A DNA stretch of 64,000 nt from an uncultured Cryomorphaceae bacterium. GTDB taxonomy: Bacteria; Bacteroidota; Bacteroidia; Flavobacteriales_D; Crocinitomicaceae. Shown here piece after piece: positions 10,193-18,664 of this stretch. The notes beneath the pieces are model-generated. The model ran no database searches. It worked only from the letters and a program-made list of their open reading frames with translations, and was not told where the DNA came from. How positions within the stretch are numbered: the first letter of the stretch is position 1; each line of letters opens with the position of its first letter. The stretch covers positions 539 to 64,538 of the forward strand of contig CAJXDT010000008.1 of the NCBI GenBank assembly GCA_913052055.1, given 5' to 3'. A program made the translations under genes and the position numbers.

Positions 10193-11311
10193 ATGACAAT
10201 ATACAATACAATAGTAGTTGGTTCAGGACCTGCAGGTATTGGAGTGGCCTCTCTTTTAAGCCAAGCTGGCAACGACTACATTGTTCTTGAGAAAAAACAA
10301 ATAGGGAATTCATTTATAGATTGGCCCAAGAATATGGAAATGATTACTCCATCTTTTCCAAGCAATGCTTTTGGCCAAATGGATTTAAATTCCATTTGCG
10401 AAGGTACCTCACCTGCATTTTCGTTTAACAAAGAGCACTTATTAGGCGACGAGTACGCTGAATACCTAGAGCTTGTTGCAAATTATTTTCAGATAAATAT
10501 CCAATCCAGCACTGAAGTTATTCATGTCAAAAAGATGCCAAATGGGTGGGTTGTTGAAACCAACCAAGGCGATTATTTTTCAAAATATTTGATTTGGGCT
10601 GCTGGTGAATTTCAAAATCCACAAATTAAAAATATAAAAGGTGCTGAGCATTGTATACATAGCTCATATATTCGGTATCCAGATCGGGTAGAAGGAGACG
10701 GTTTCGCAATCATTGGAGGATACGAAAGTGGGATTCAATTGGCATATGACCTCGTGAGCAATCAAAAAAATGTAACGCTCATAGACCCAAGCGAAATCGA
10801 TGATACGAGCACAAGTGACCCATCTCAGGTTTTGTCTCCTCATACTTTCAAAAAATACAAGAAAATTCAAAATTCTCCATTGTACAATGAAGTGACTGGG
10901 AAAGTCAATTCAGTGATTAAAAAAGAGGACGGGTATCATCTTGAGCTCGAAGATGAACAAGTAATTAAAACGGAGCGCATTCCAATATGTGCAACAGGGT
11001 TTTCGCTTGTCGATGAACCGATAAAAGAGCTCATTAGCTACAGGGAGGATGGTAGCCCAAAATTAACTGAAAAGGCTGATGAGTTTGATGGTCAAGAAAA
11101 CATGTATTTGACAGGACCTTCGGTACGACACGACAACCACATATTTTGTTTTATCTACAAATTTAGACAACGCTTCGGTGTAATAGTAGAAGATATTTTA
11201 AGAAAAGAAAAAGTCGATGAGGAACAGATCTCACTTTGCGTAGAAAAATGGAAATCCAATGGTATGTATTTGTCTGATTTGAGCTGTTGTGATGACGAAT
11301 GCGTTTGTTAG
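10193..11311 (+). CDS. FAD/NAD(P)-binding oxidoreductase (flavin monooxygenase/YpdA-like fold) with Cys-rich C-terminal tail
   Basis: Dinucleotide fold 'IVVGSGPAGIGVA', second Rossmann 'FAIIGGYESGIQLA', and 'CATGF'. The last 24 aa are 'CVEKWKSNGMYLSDLSCCDDECVC'. Confidence 0.7.
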   Translation: MTIYNTIVVGSGPAGIGVASLLSQAGNDYIVLEKKQIGNSFIDWPKNMEMITPSFPSNAFGQMDLNSICEGTSPAFSFNKEHLLGDEYAEYLELVANYFQINIQSSTEVIHVKKMPNGWVVETNQGDYFSKYLIWAAGEFQNPQIKNIKGAEHCIHSSYIRYPDRVEGDGFAIIGGYESGIQLAYDLVSNQKNVTLIDPSEIDDTSTSDPSQVLSPHTFKKYKKIQNSPLYNEVTGKVNSVIKKEDGYHLELEDEQVIKTERIPICATGFSLVDEPIKELISYREDGSPKLTEKADEFDGQENMYLTGPSVRHDNHIFCFIYKFRQRFGVIVEDILRKEKVDEEQISLCVEKWKSNGMYLSDLSCCDDECVC

Positions 11312-11320
11312 AATAAGAAT

Positions 11321-11605
11321 ATGAAAAAAAAGTATCTAGTCTCAATTGAAACACTTCATCTCATTGCTGGGTTTTCTCTTGTTCTTTCAGGAGCATTGGT
11401 TTACTTCATTGATGGTCTCGAAATGGCGCTTTCATGGTCAATATTTGGGGCCATGTATATCTCTATGTCCGATATTGGAGAAGCTGAAATGAGTGAAGAA
11501 AAACGTAAGCAACCTAATCATATTATACGACGATTATTTGGTTATTCGGGAGCGATATTTAGTGTCCTATTGGTTCTGTTTTACCTAAATAAGATTTTTC
11601 TATAA
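11321..11605 (+). CDS. small membrane protein, unknown function
   Basis: 94 aa with three hydrophobic segments. It starts 10 nt after the flavoprotein stop. Confidence 0.4.
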   Translation: MKKKYLVSIETLHLIAGFSLVLSGALVYFIDGLEMALSWSIFGAMYISMSDIGEAEMSEEKRKQPNHIIRRLFGYSGAIFSVLLVLFYLNKIFL

Positions 11606-11661
11606 GGCTCATGAAGCAGTGCTTCTAGAATAAACATCTGTCTCAATTAATCTGATCAAAA

Positions 11662-12393
11662 ATGAAAATTGTTTTTCGAATCACATGCCTCCTGATGATG
11701 GCTTTTCAAACAATCGCACAAGAAGAAAAAGCGAAATTGGATAGCTCAGACTTCAGCTTGAATATCGACATGGGTGCATCAAGTAGAAATATTTGGAGAG
11801 GTCTAGACTATGGCGCATCTCCTTCAGTGTGGGGAGACCTTTCAGGTTCGTACAAGAACTTTTCGATTGGGGCTATTGGAACAACGACCTTAAATGGATC
11901 TAAAGCTCAGTTTGGAACATGGCTTGAGCTATATGCTTGCTATGAAATCAAAAACTTTTCTTTCCTTGTTGACGACTATTTCTTCTTTAATGCAGAGGAC
12001 CAAGACAACGATTATTTTGAATATCGACCTAAGTATACTCAGCACCTTATAGAGGCAAGAGTGGAATACGAAAATGATTTTCTAGAAGCCCAAGTCGGTT
12101 ATGTAATTTATAGCAACCAACAGGACAATACGAACGGTGTATATCTTGAAGTAACGTATAAGCTAAATGAAAGTCTTTCGTTTACAGCAGGAGGCATCAC
12201 TGGGGATCAGTGGTTGAGCTTTTATGATGCCGGAGGAATAACAACACTAGGCATTAATGGACATCGAAAAATAAGCTTCTTGAAGCATCATCTTAATTTG
12301 AATGCCTCCTTAATCTTCAATCCAAACTATAAAAACGCGAGTCCATTGGTAGGAAACAACCCTGTATATTTCGTTATTAGCGCTGATTTTTAG
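11662..12393 (+). CDS. outer-membrane beta-barrel protein (TorF/Gcw_chp-like putative porin)
   Basis: Signal peptide 'LLMMAFQTIAQE', alternating beta-strand pattern, an 'SRNIWRGLDYG' motif like the TorF-family 'Y.WRG', and a terminal aromatic residue ('VISADF'). Confidence 0.5.
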   Translation: MKIVFRITCLLMMAFQTIAQEEKAKLDSSDFSLNIDMGASSRNIWRGLDYGASPSVWGDLSGSYKNFSIGAIGTTTLNGSKAQFGTWLELYACYEIKNFSFLVDDYFFFNAEDQDNDYFEYRPKYTQHLIEARVEYENDFLEAQVGYVIYSNQQDNTNGVYLEVTYKLNESLSFTAGGITGDQWLSFYDAGGITTLGINGHRKISFLKHHLNLNASLIFNPNYKNASPLVGNNPVYFVISADF

Positions 12394-12462
12394 TAAAGAT
12401 TAGCAATAATCACTAAATTAAACTTTGTGCCATCTCGCTTGTTTAATTCACATTAAGACCAC

Positions 12463-14142
12463 ATGAAAAATAAAAAATATAACCGAAAAGAGTTTATTTC
12501 TTTTTTGGGCAAGGTCAGTTTGGGTGTAGCCATCACTCCATCATTTTTAATGAGTTGCGGAAACAGCAACAGCTCAATCATCAGCGAAGGATTATCAATT
12601 GATGAAATTAATAAACTAAAAAAGCTCGTACTTAAAAGTCTCGTCGCTTCGGATAAAGATGATTTACTAATCACCAAAGGTCTTGATTACCATACCCTAA
12701 TCAAATGGAATGATAAGATCAGTGACGAGGATACTTTTGGATTCAATTGCGATTTTACCTGTTTCATCCCTTTTGATGAAAAACATCCTGAGGACGGCTT
12801 GCTATGGGTCAACCATGAATACGTGCACCCTCTTTTTGTTTCGAACTATGCCTTTGGTAATCCAAATGAAGAAAGAACCATTGAACAAGTTGACAAAGAA
12901 ATGTATAACGTTGGTGGCAGCATCGTCCGAATCCGTCAAGAAAACGGAAAATGGAAAATTGTCCATAATGACCCCCACAATCGAAGGATTACGGCCAAAA
13001 CACCGATTAGCCTCAATTGGGACACACCTATCAAGGAAAAAACAACTGTTATTGGTACACATAGTAATTGCTCAGGGGGGATTACACCATGGAAGACATT
13101 CTTGACTTGTGAGGAAAACTACGATCAGTTTTATGGGGAAACGGAGCATCTAAATGATGGGAGTACTTATCATAGACCAAGCGCTATGGGTTGGGAAAAT
13201 TTCTATAAATACCCACCTGAACACTATGGTTGGGTAGTTGAAATTGATCCAAAAAATGGTGCCATACAAAAGCACATTGCACTGGGAAGGTTTGCTCATG
13301 AATGTTGCACTTTATTTCAGCTAAAAGACAAGCGCGTTGTCGCGTATAGCGGAGATGATACAAATGACCAGCATTTATATAAATTCATTTCTTCCAAACC
13401 CAATTCATTAAAAGAGGGAACATTGTATGTTGCCGATACGAATAATGGTAAATGGATTCCTTTAGACTGGGAAAATCAGCCACTTCTAAAGAGCGCATTT
13501 AAAAATCAAACAGAGGTGCTCATTAGAGCAAGAGAAGCAGCAAAATTATTAGGCGCGACAGAATTAAACAGACCTGAAGATATTGAAATAGACCCTATCA
13601 CAGGAAGTGTTCTTGTCTCGCTAACCAATAATAAACCGAAAGGTGATTTTCATGGCTCTATCATGAAGATTGAAGAAGAAAATAATAAACATGATTCCTT
13701 GAGTTTTAACGCTTCTGTATATCTTGCGGGCGGGGGAGAAAGTGGGTTTTCATGCCCAGACAATTTGGCTTTCGACTTGTCTGGAAACCTATGGATGACT
13801 ACTGATATATCAGGAAGCGCCATGAACAAAGAAGAAGCGCCATATATGGATTTTAAAAACAATAGCTTGTTTGTAATTCCTAGAATCGGCGATGATGCAG
13901 GGAAAGTAATTCGTGTCGCCAATGCACCTCGGGATGCAGAGTTTACAGGGCCATGGTTTTCTCCAGATGGCAAGACCTTATTTCTTAGTGTACAGCATCC
14001 GGGTGAACAAACCACTGACCTAAAAAACCCAACCAGTCTTTGGCCTTTTGACAAAGACAACATTCCAAAACCATCGGTTGTGGCTATCACAGGTGACTTA
14101 ATTGAGAAAATGAACAATCTACATATGATTGAAAAACCTTAA
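12463..14142 (+). CDS. phoX: PhoX-family (DUF839) alkaline phosphatase, lipoprotein
   Basis: Beta-propeller PhoX-like motifs 'GGITPWKTFLTCEEN', 'NRPEDIEIDP' and 'EFTGPWFSPDGKTLFLSVQHPGE'. N-terminus has 'NRKEFISFLG' (Tat-like, RK instead of RR) followed by the lipobox 'LMSCG'. Confidence 0.8.
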   Translation: MKNKKYNRKEFISFLGKVSLGVAITPSFLMSCGNSNSSIISEGLSIDEINKLKKLVLKSLVASDKDDLLITKGLDYHTLIKWNDKISDEDTFGFNCDFTCFIPFDEKHPEDGLLWVNHEYVHPLFVSNYAFGNPNEERTIEQVDKEMYNVGGSIVRIRQENGKWKIVHNDPHNRRITAKTPISLNWDTPIKEKTTVIGTHSNCSGGITPWKTFLTCEENYDQFYGETEHLNDGSTYHRPSAMGWENFYKYPPEHYGWVVEIDPKNGAIQKHIALGRFAHECCTLFQLKDKRVVAYSGDDTNDQHLYKFISSKPNSLKEGTLYVADTNNGKWIPLDWENQPLLKSAFKNQTEVLIRAREAAKLLGATELNRPEDIEIDPITGSVLVSLTNNKPKGDFHGSIMKIEEENNKHDSLSFNASVYLAGGGESGFSCPDNLAFDLSGNLWMTTDISGSAMNKEEAPYMDFKNNSLFVIPRIGDDAGKVIRVANAPRDAEFTGPWFSPDGKTLFLSVQHPGEQTTDLKNPTSLWPFDKDNIPKPSVVAITGDLIEKMNNLHMIEKP

Positions 14143-14177
14143 TTTAAAGCTAAAAAGGACCATAAATAATAAGCACT

Positions 14178-15062
14178 ATGAAACATACAGAAAAAATGCT
14201 TCGCGATGATGCACTCAAAGGGAAAACCATTGTTGTTACCGGAGGAGGTAGTGGGCTGGGTAAGGCCATGTCACGTTACTTTTTAGAACTCGGAGCAAAA
14301 GTAGCCATCACCTCAAGGAACATAGATAAACTACAAAATACCGCAAAAGAGCTCGAGGCAGAAACAGGTGGGACCTGCTTGCCAGTTCAGTGTGACGTTC
14401 GGCATTATGATCAGGTAGAAAATGTTTTAGCAGAAGTGCTAAAGTCTTTTGGCCAGGTAGATGTCCTGCTCAATAATGCAGCCGGAAACTTTATATCTCC
14501 AACTGAACGCTTATCAGCAAATGCCTTTGACACAATTATCGATATTGTTCTGAAAGGGACTAAAAACTGTACCCTTGCATTTGGAAAACATTGGATCAAA
14601 AGCAAACAGGAAAGCGCAAAAGTGCTCAATATTGTAACAACCTATGCCTGGACCGGTTCGGGTTATGTTGTGCCAAGTGCAGCGGCGAAAGCCGGTGTTC
14701 TCGCCATGACAAGAAGCCTTGCTGTGGAATGGGCAAAATATGGAATGCAATTCAACGCAATTGCCCCAGGCCCCTTCCCTACTAAAGGAGCATGGGATAG
14801 ACTGCTTCCTGGAAACTTGAAAGAAAAATTTGATATGGCCAAAAAAGTACCTTTAAATAGAGTCGGCGAGCATCAAGAGCTGGCAAACTTAGCCGCATAT
14901 TTGGTATCAGACTTTTCCTCTTATATCAATGGAGAGGTTATTACCATTGATGGTGGAGAATGGCTAAAGGGAGCTGGGGAGTTTAATTTATTAGAAGACA
15001 TTCCGCAAGAAATGTGGGACCAACTAGAAGCCATGATTCGAGCGACAAAAAAGAATAAATAA
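14178..15062 (+). CDS. SDR-family oxidoreductase, 2,4-dienoyl-CoA reductase-like
   Basis: 'VVTGGGSGLGKAM' and 'NNAAGNF'. The 'SAAAKAG' active-site region resembles DECR/FadH-type SDRs. Confidence 0.8.
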   Translation: MKHTEKMLRDDALKGKTIVVTGGGSGLGKAMSRYFLELGAKVAITSRNIDKLQNTAKELEAETGGTCLPVQCDVRHYDQVENVLAEVLKSFGQVDVLLNNAAGNFISPTERLSANAFDTIIDIVLKGTKNCTLAFGKHWIKSKQESAKVLNIVTTYAWTGSGYVVPSAAAKAGVLAMTRSLAVEWAKYGMQFNAIAPGPFPTKGAWDRLLPGNLKEKFDMAKKVPLNRVGEHQELANLAAYLVSDFSSYINGEVITIDGGEWLKGAGEFNLLEDIPQEMWDQLEAMIRATKKNK

Positions 15063-15175
15063 ACGCGTTTTGATCTTTTAAACCATTTGGCGGCTTAGAG
15101 ATTTACCATGAATAAGGTATTTATCTCAGCTTTTTGTTTAAGTACTTTTGAATTAAATTAAAAGCACGTATCCCT

Positions 15176-15829
15176 ATGAAAGCTTATTCGATCTTTATAA
15201 TTCTTTCAGTACTTACAATCACAGGATGTTCTAAAGAAAATACTGGCGATAGTAACTATCGATTTGAATTCGATTTTGATTTAAATAACCATTATTTAAT
15301 TGAAAGTACGGGTGAACTTGTTGAAACAAATAGGGCTTATATTGATACCAACTATGAATGGATAAATAATTTTATTCACCTTAATGATGGAGTGATTGGA
15401 GACAGCTTAGTACTCGGATGTTGGGGGAATTGGAGTGGTTATATTGAAAACCCTAGCGCATCCGTAAAAATATGGTTCCCACAAACAGAACTTGCTGATG
15501 GAGTTTATCAATACGCAAGACCTGAAGATGTCAATGACTTCACAATTCATATGGAGAGAAATATGACCTGGGGCGAACATTCAAATGCGTGGGGTACAAT
15601 TGAAGGAACCAACACTATATTAAATTCAGATACTGTGGCTTCCTCGTTTACTATTGGTAACAATTTAGTAGTCGTGGAATATGCTGAAATAAAAATTGAG
15701 CATATCAACGCTACAAATTCCAAACTTCGTTATGTCATTGAAACAGTTAGCGGTGAACTGATTAAAGGCTCATACATTGGTTCTCTTGAGCGTTTTAAAT
15801 TGTGGACTCCAGAGGTTGATTGTGATTGA
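15176..15829 (+). CDS. lipoprotein, unknown function
   Basis: Lipoprotein signal 'IILSVLTITGCSKE'. I recognise no other motif. Confidence 0.5.
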   Translation: MKAYSIFIILSVLTITGCSKENTGDSNYRFEFDFDLNNHYLIESTGELVETNRAYIDTNYEWINNFIHLNDGVIGDSLVLGCWGNWSGYIENPSASVKIWFPQTELADGVYQYARPEDVNDFTIHMERNMTWGEHSNAWGTIEGTNTILNSDTVASSFTIGNNLVVVEYAEIKIEHINATNSKLRYVIETVSGELIKGSYIGSLERFKLWTPEVDCD

Positions 15830-15846
15830 GGTTAATGTTCCTAAGT

Positions 15847-16746
15847 TTAAATTGCCAAAATCTTATCAATAATCTTTTGCAACATAGAAGGATCACTTCC
15901 AGGACCAACAGTAATTAACTTTGGACCAGTCTGAGGAATTCCAAAAAAGGGCCGAATTGAAACGGTACCATCAGGAGTCCTTTCGAAATAAGTATAATGC
16001 TCCTCCTCCCCTATTTGTGTACAGCCCTTTACGCGAAGAATACTATTAGGAATTTCTTTACAGACTTTATAAATAAACTCAGTGCTCATTAATTTCGGTA
16101 AATCTGTTGAGCAGGAGGACCAGTGAGCTTTGTGGTGGTCTAGTTTTTTATGTGGCTGTTTTGATGGATCAAGTTTAGGAAGCAAGGATATATCGATTTC
16201 TTCCATATTCATTATGTCAGCTATCGGATTGATTGCTTTAATGGATCTTGATACAGCCTCAATTCTTTCTTTAGGTAAATCATCATAATGAGACAATACG
16301 ACAAGGGATGAAACCTGAATTTGATTTGCTTCGAGGTCGTTGTACTCACCTCGTTTTTGCCAATTCCGAACGTCTACAACAGAAACTTGTATAGGTGGTA
16401 AAAATCGTTGATCAAGACCAACCCCTAAAAACCCCATCAAAGCACATGCGTCCGATGTTCCATTTGCCTCTATGAGCGTGATTCCCTTTTCTCGCTCAGG
16501 AATTCTATTCACGTTATCCCGAAGTTCATTGATGCCGCTACAACAAATACAACTTCCATTCAAAGGCCAAACATTATTAGATTCCACTTGATCCACAAAT
16601 TGCTGAGCATCTAAGTATGCATTTTCATAATCATTGAGAATAAGAAAAGGACGCCAAGAATTATCCACATATGAGCTTACTAAATGCTTCAGCAGGGTTG
16701 TTTTTCCAGCACCTAAAAAACCTACAATTGTAATGATTGCTTCCAT
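15847..16746 (-). CDS. COG0523-family metallochaperone GTPase (CobW/ZigA/YeiR-like)
   Basis: Walker A 'GFLGAGKTTLLKHL', the diagnostic CxCC motif 'GSCICCSG', and a His-rich linker 'HKKLDHHKAHW' before the C-terminal CobW_C-like domain. Confidence 0.85.
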   Translation of the reverse strand: MEAIITIVGFLGAGKTTLLKHLVSSYVDNSWRPFLILNDYENAYLDAQQFVDQVESNNVWPLNGSCICCSGINELRDNVNRIPEREKGITLIEANGTSDACALMGFLGVGLDQRFLPPIQVSVVDVRNWQKRGEYNDLEANQIQVSSLVVLSHYDDLPKERIEAVSRSIKAINPIADIMNMEEIDISLLPKLDPSKQPHKKLDHHKAHWSSCSTDLPKLMSTEFIYKVCKEIPNSILRVKGCTQIGEEEHYTYFERTPDGTVSIRPFFGIPQTGPKLITVGPGSDPSMLQKIIDKILAI

Positions 16747-16965
16747 TATTTGTTCAAACGTTCAGTTTCAATTTAAGTTTGGAAACCTACCTAATGCCTA
16801 TATACTGCTTAAAGCTCTTTGAATAACCTAAAACATACATACCCTCTTTATTTCAATCTATTGACCAAAAGAAAGAGGGTGGATTTTTGTTGAATACTTC
16901 AGTTTTCTTAGTATCAGCCTGGCAAGCAGATCTAATTCAGACTTGTCTATACCTCAATGCCAAGA

Positions 16966-17427
16966 TTAAGGATTATATGGAAAAGAAGAATGGTGTAGGT
17001 CTATTTTTATCGAACCATTTACTACTTTATACCCAAAAGTGTACTCCACTTTGGCTTCATTTCCATCTAAATCAGTAAAGAAGTAATTCCCCATGGCGAT
17101 TGCACGGTTTTCTTCTAAAATAAATCCAGCGTTTTCAAACCTCACTTTTGTCCATGGCTGAATGGCAAAACCATTATCTTCAGAACATACACGGTCATCT
17201 CCGGCAATGAAATAAGATACAGCCTCTGCCTTGGATGGCCTAAATTGTTGTGATTTACACTTGGTCGGCTTAAAGAGAACTGGGCCTGCCTCAAAGGAAT
17301 AAAGTTTGTCTAAAAATTCAGAAGTATACGCTTCACATTCCGAACGACTATTCTTTAAAGAACCTATTTTTACAACACCCGCTCCCCACTCTTTTTGAGC
17401 TTCTAAAAGATCGTTTTCTGTTGTCAT
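16966..17427 (-). CDS. NTF2-like fold protein; candidate iota-class carbonic anhydrase (COG4337-like)
   Basis: About 153 aa from the ATG at 17427 (MTTENDLLEAQKEWG...). The ORF-track start at 17460 adds 11 residues encoded by very AT-rich sequence. No signal peptide. Motifs 'VLFKPT', 'YFIAGDD' and a C-terminal 'KIDLHHSSFP' matching the H-H-S-S signature I recall for iota-CAs. The assignment comes from memory of the family, not from a search. Confidence 0.5.
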   Translation of the reverse strand: MTTENDLLEAQKEWGAGVVKIGSLKNSRSECEAYTSEFLDKLYSFEAGPVLFKPTKCKSQQFRPSKAEAVSYFIAGDDRVCSEDNGFAIQPWTKVRFENAGFILEENRAIAMGNYFFTDLDGNEAKVEYTFGYKVVNGSIKIDLHHSSFPYNP

Positions 17428-17539
17428 TTTATAAAAATTTAAAATTAATATCGCTTTCATTTCTTTATCAAGAAATGAGAAATCAAATATAAAAAAGAAG
17501 GGGCATTAATGCAACCCAATTGTATGAGTGGATTTGTAC

Positions 17540-17556
17540 AACATTGTTTTATAACA
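17540..17556. promoter_or_regulatory. nested palindromes (AACA-t-TGTT and TGTT-ttat-AACA), candidate operator in a divergent promoter region
   Basis: The sequence tgtacAACAtTGTTttatAACAc lies in the 230-bp gap between the iota-CA candidate (-) and pirin (+). Only the symmetry is observed; the cognate regulator is unknown. Confidence 0.2.
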
Positions 17557-17657
17557 CTATATTTATTTGAGCATCAATAACACTAAATAAACCCACAAAT
17601 AAATTCATTTTTTGAACAATAATGGATTAGGGTTTTTATATTGGTTAACCAAAATAT

Positions 17658-18533
17658 ATGCTAATGAAAGTTCGTTCAGTAAAAACCATAGTAAGGGCGC
17701 AACGTGTAAATATGGGCGGGCATTTATTAGACCAGCCATTACCAATACATGGTATAGATGCAATTGATCCTTTTTTATTAATTCACCACTGGGACGAACC
17801 TTTGACGCCAGGAGGAAAACAAAGCGAACTTGGTGTAGGTCCTCATCCGCATCGCGGCTTTTCACCAGTAACTTTTATCTTTAAAGGGAGTGTTCGGCAC
17901 CAAGATTCTTTAGGTAATACTGCTGTTATTTCCTCAGGGGGAACTCAATGGATGCACGCTGGTAATGGAATTATCCATAGTGAACGTCCCGGAATAAAGT
18001 TAGTAAAGCAAGGGGGAGACCAAGAGTTTATTCAATTTTGGGTAAATACCCCAGCAAAACATAAAATGGAAGCGCCTTATTACCTTCCAATTTCAGCTGA
18101 TGAGACACCTAAAATCAAAAAAGAAAACGCAGAAATCAGTATTGTGGCGGGTAAATTCGAATCTAAAATAGGGCCAGCGAAAACGTACAGCCCTCAAACA
18201 TTACTTCGTGTTGAAGCTAAATTAGGTGCTAAACTCCAGCTTCCTATTCCGAATACATACAACACGCTACTTTATGTGTTAAACGGAAACCTTGTCATAG
18301 ATGGGCAAAAAGTAAAGACGAAAGACATGGTTTGGTTTGAAAACAATGGAGAATATATTGATTTAGAAACTACGGCACCCACTCGGTTTATTGTTTTATC
18401 CGGAGAGCCTATTGGAGAACCTGTTGCTTCTTATGGTCCGTTTGTCATGAACTCCCAAGAAGAGCTTCAGCAGGCAGTCAACGACTTTCACAATGGAAAC
18501 ATGGGAACACTTAAAGAAACATTTGAGTCCTAA
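17658..18533 (+). CDS. pirin-family protein
   Basis: Bicupin signature 'GVGPHPHRGFSPVTFIFKGSVRHQDSLGN' and a C-terminal 'GPFVMN...EL.QA..DF' region typical of pirins. Confidence 0.85.
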   Translation: MLMKVRSVKTIVRAQRVNMGGHLLDQPLPIHGIDAIDPFLLIHHWDEPLTPGGKQSELGVGPHPHRGFSPVTFIFKGSVRHQDSLGNTAVISSGGTQWMHAGNGIIHSERPGIKLVKQGGDQEFIQFWVNTPAKHKMEAPYYLPISADETPKIKKENAEISIVAGKFESKIGPAKTYSPQTLLRVEAKLGAKLQLPIPNTYNTLLYVLNGNLVIDGQKVKTKDMVWFENNGEYIDLETTAPTRFIVLSGEPIGEPVASYGPFVMNSQEELQQAVNDFHNGNMGTLKETFES

Positions 18534-18664
18534 AAAGAAGCTAAGCTATTTCACTTGCTTGCCATTTATTGGCCATTAATAACAGAATCCTACTTATCTT
18601 TGAACGCTGCTAAAAATGAGCAACGACTATTTATAACTAACTAGAAAACAATAAAATATATAGT

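Noticed and set aside
13650-14117. 155-aa minus-strand ORF inside phoX
   Set aside because: It is entirely antisense to a well-supported CDS. Its composition is low-complexity and Ser/Pro/Gly/Phe-rich, typical of shadow frames, and I recognise no motif.
17428-17460. 11-codon N-terminal extension (MKAILILNFYK) of the iota-CA candidate
   Set aside because: It is encoded by very AT-rich sequence (ttaattttaaatttttataaa) that looks like untranslated leader. The extension is not a signal peptide, so I prefer the ATG at 17427.
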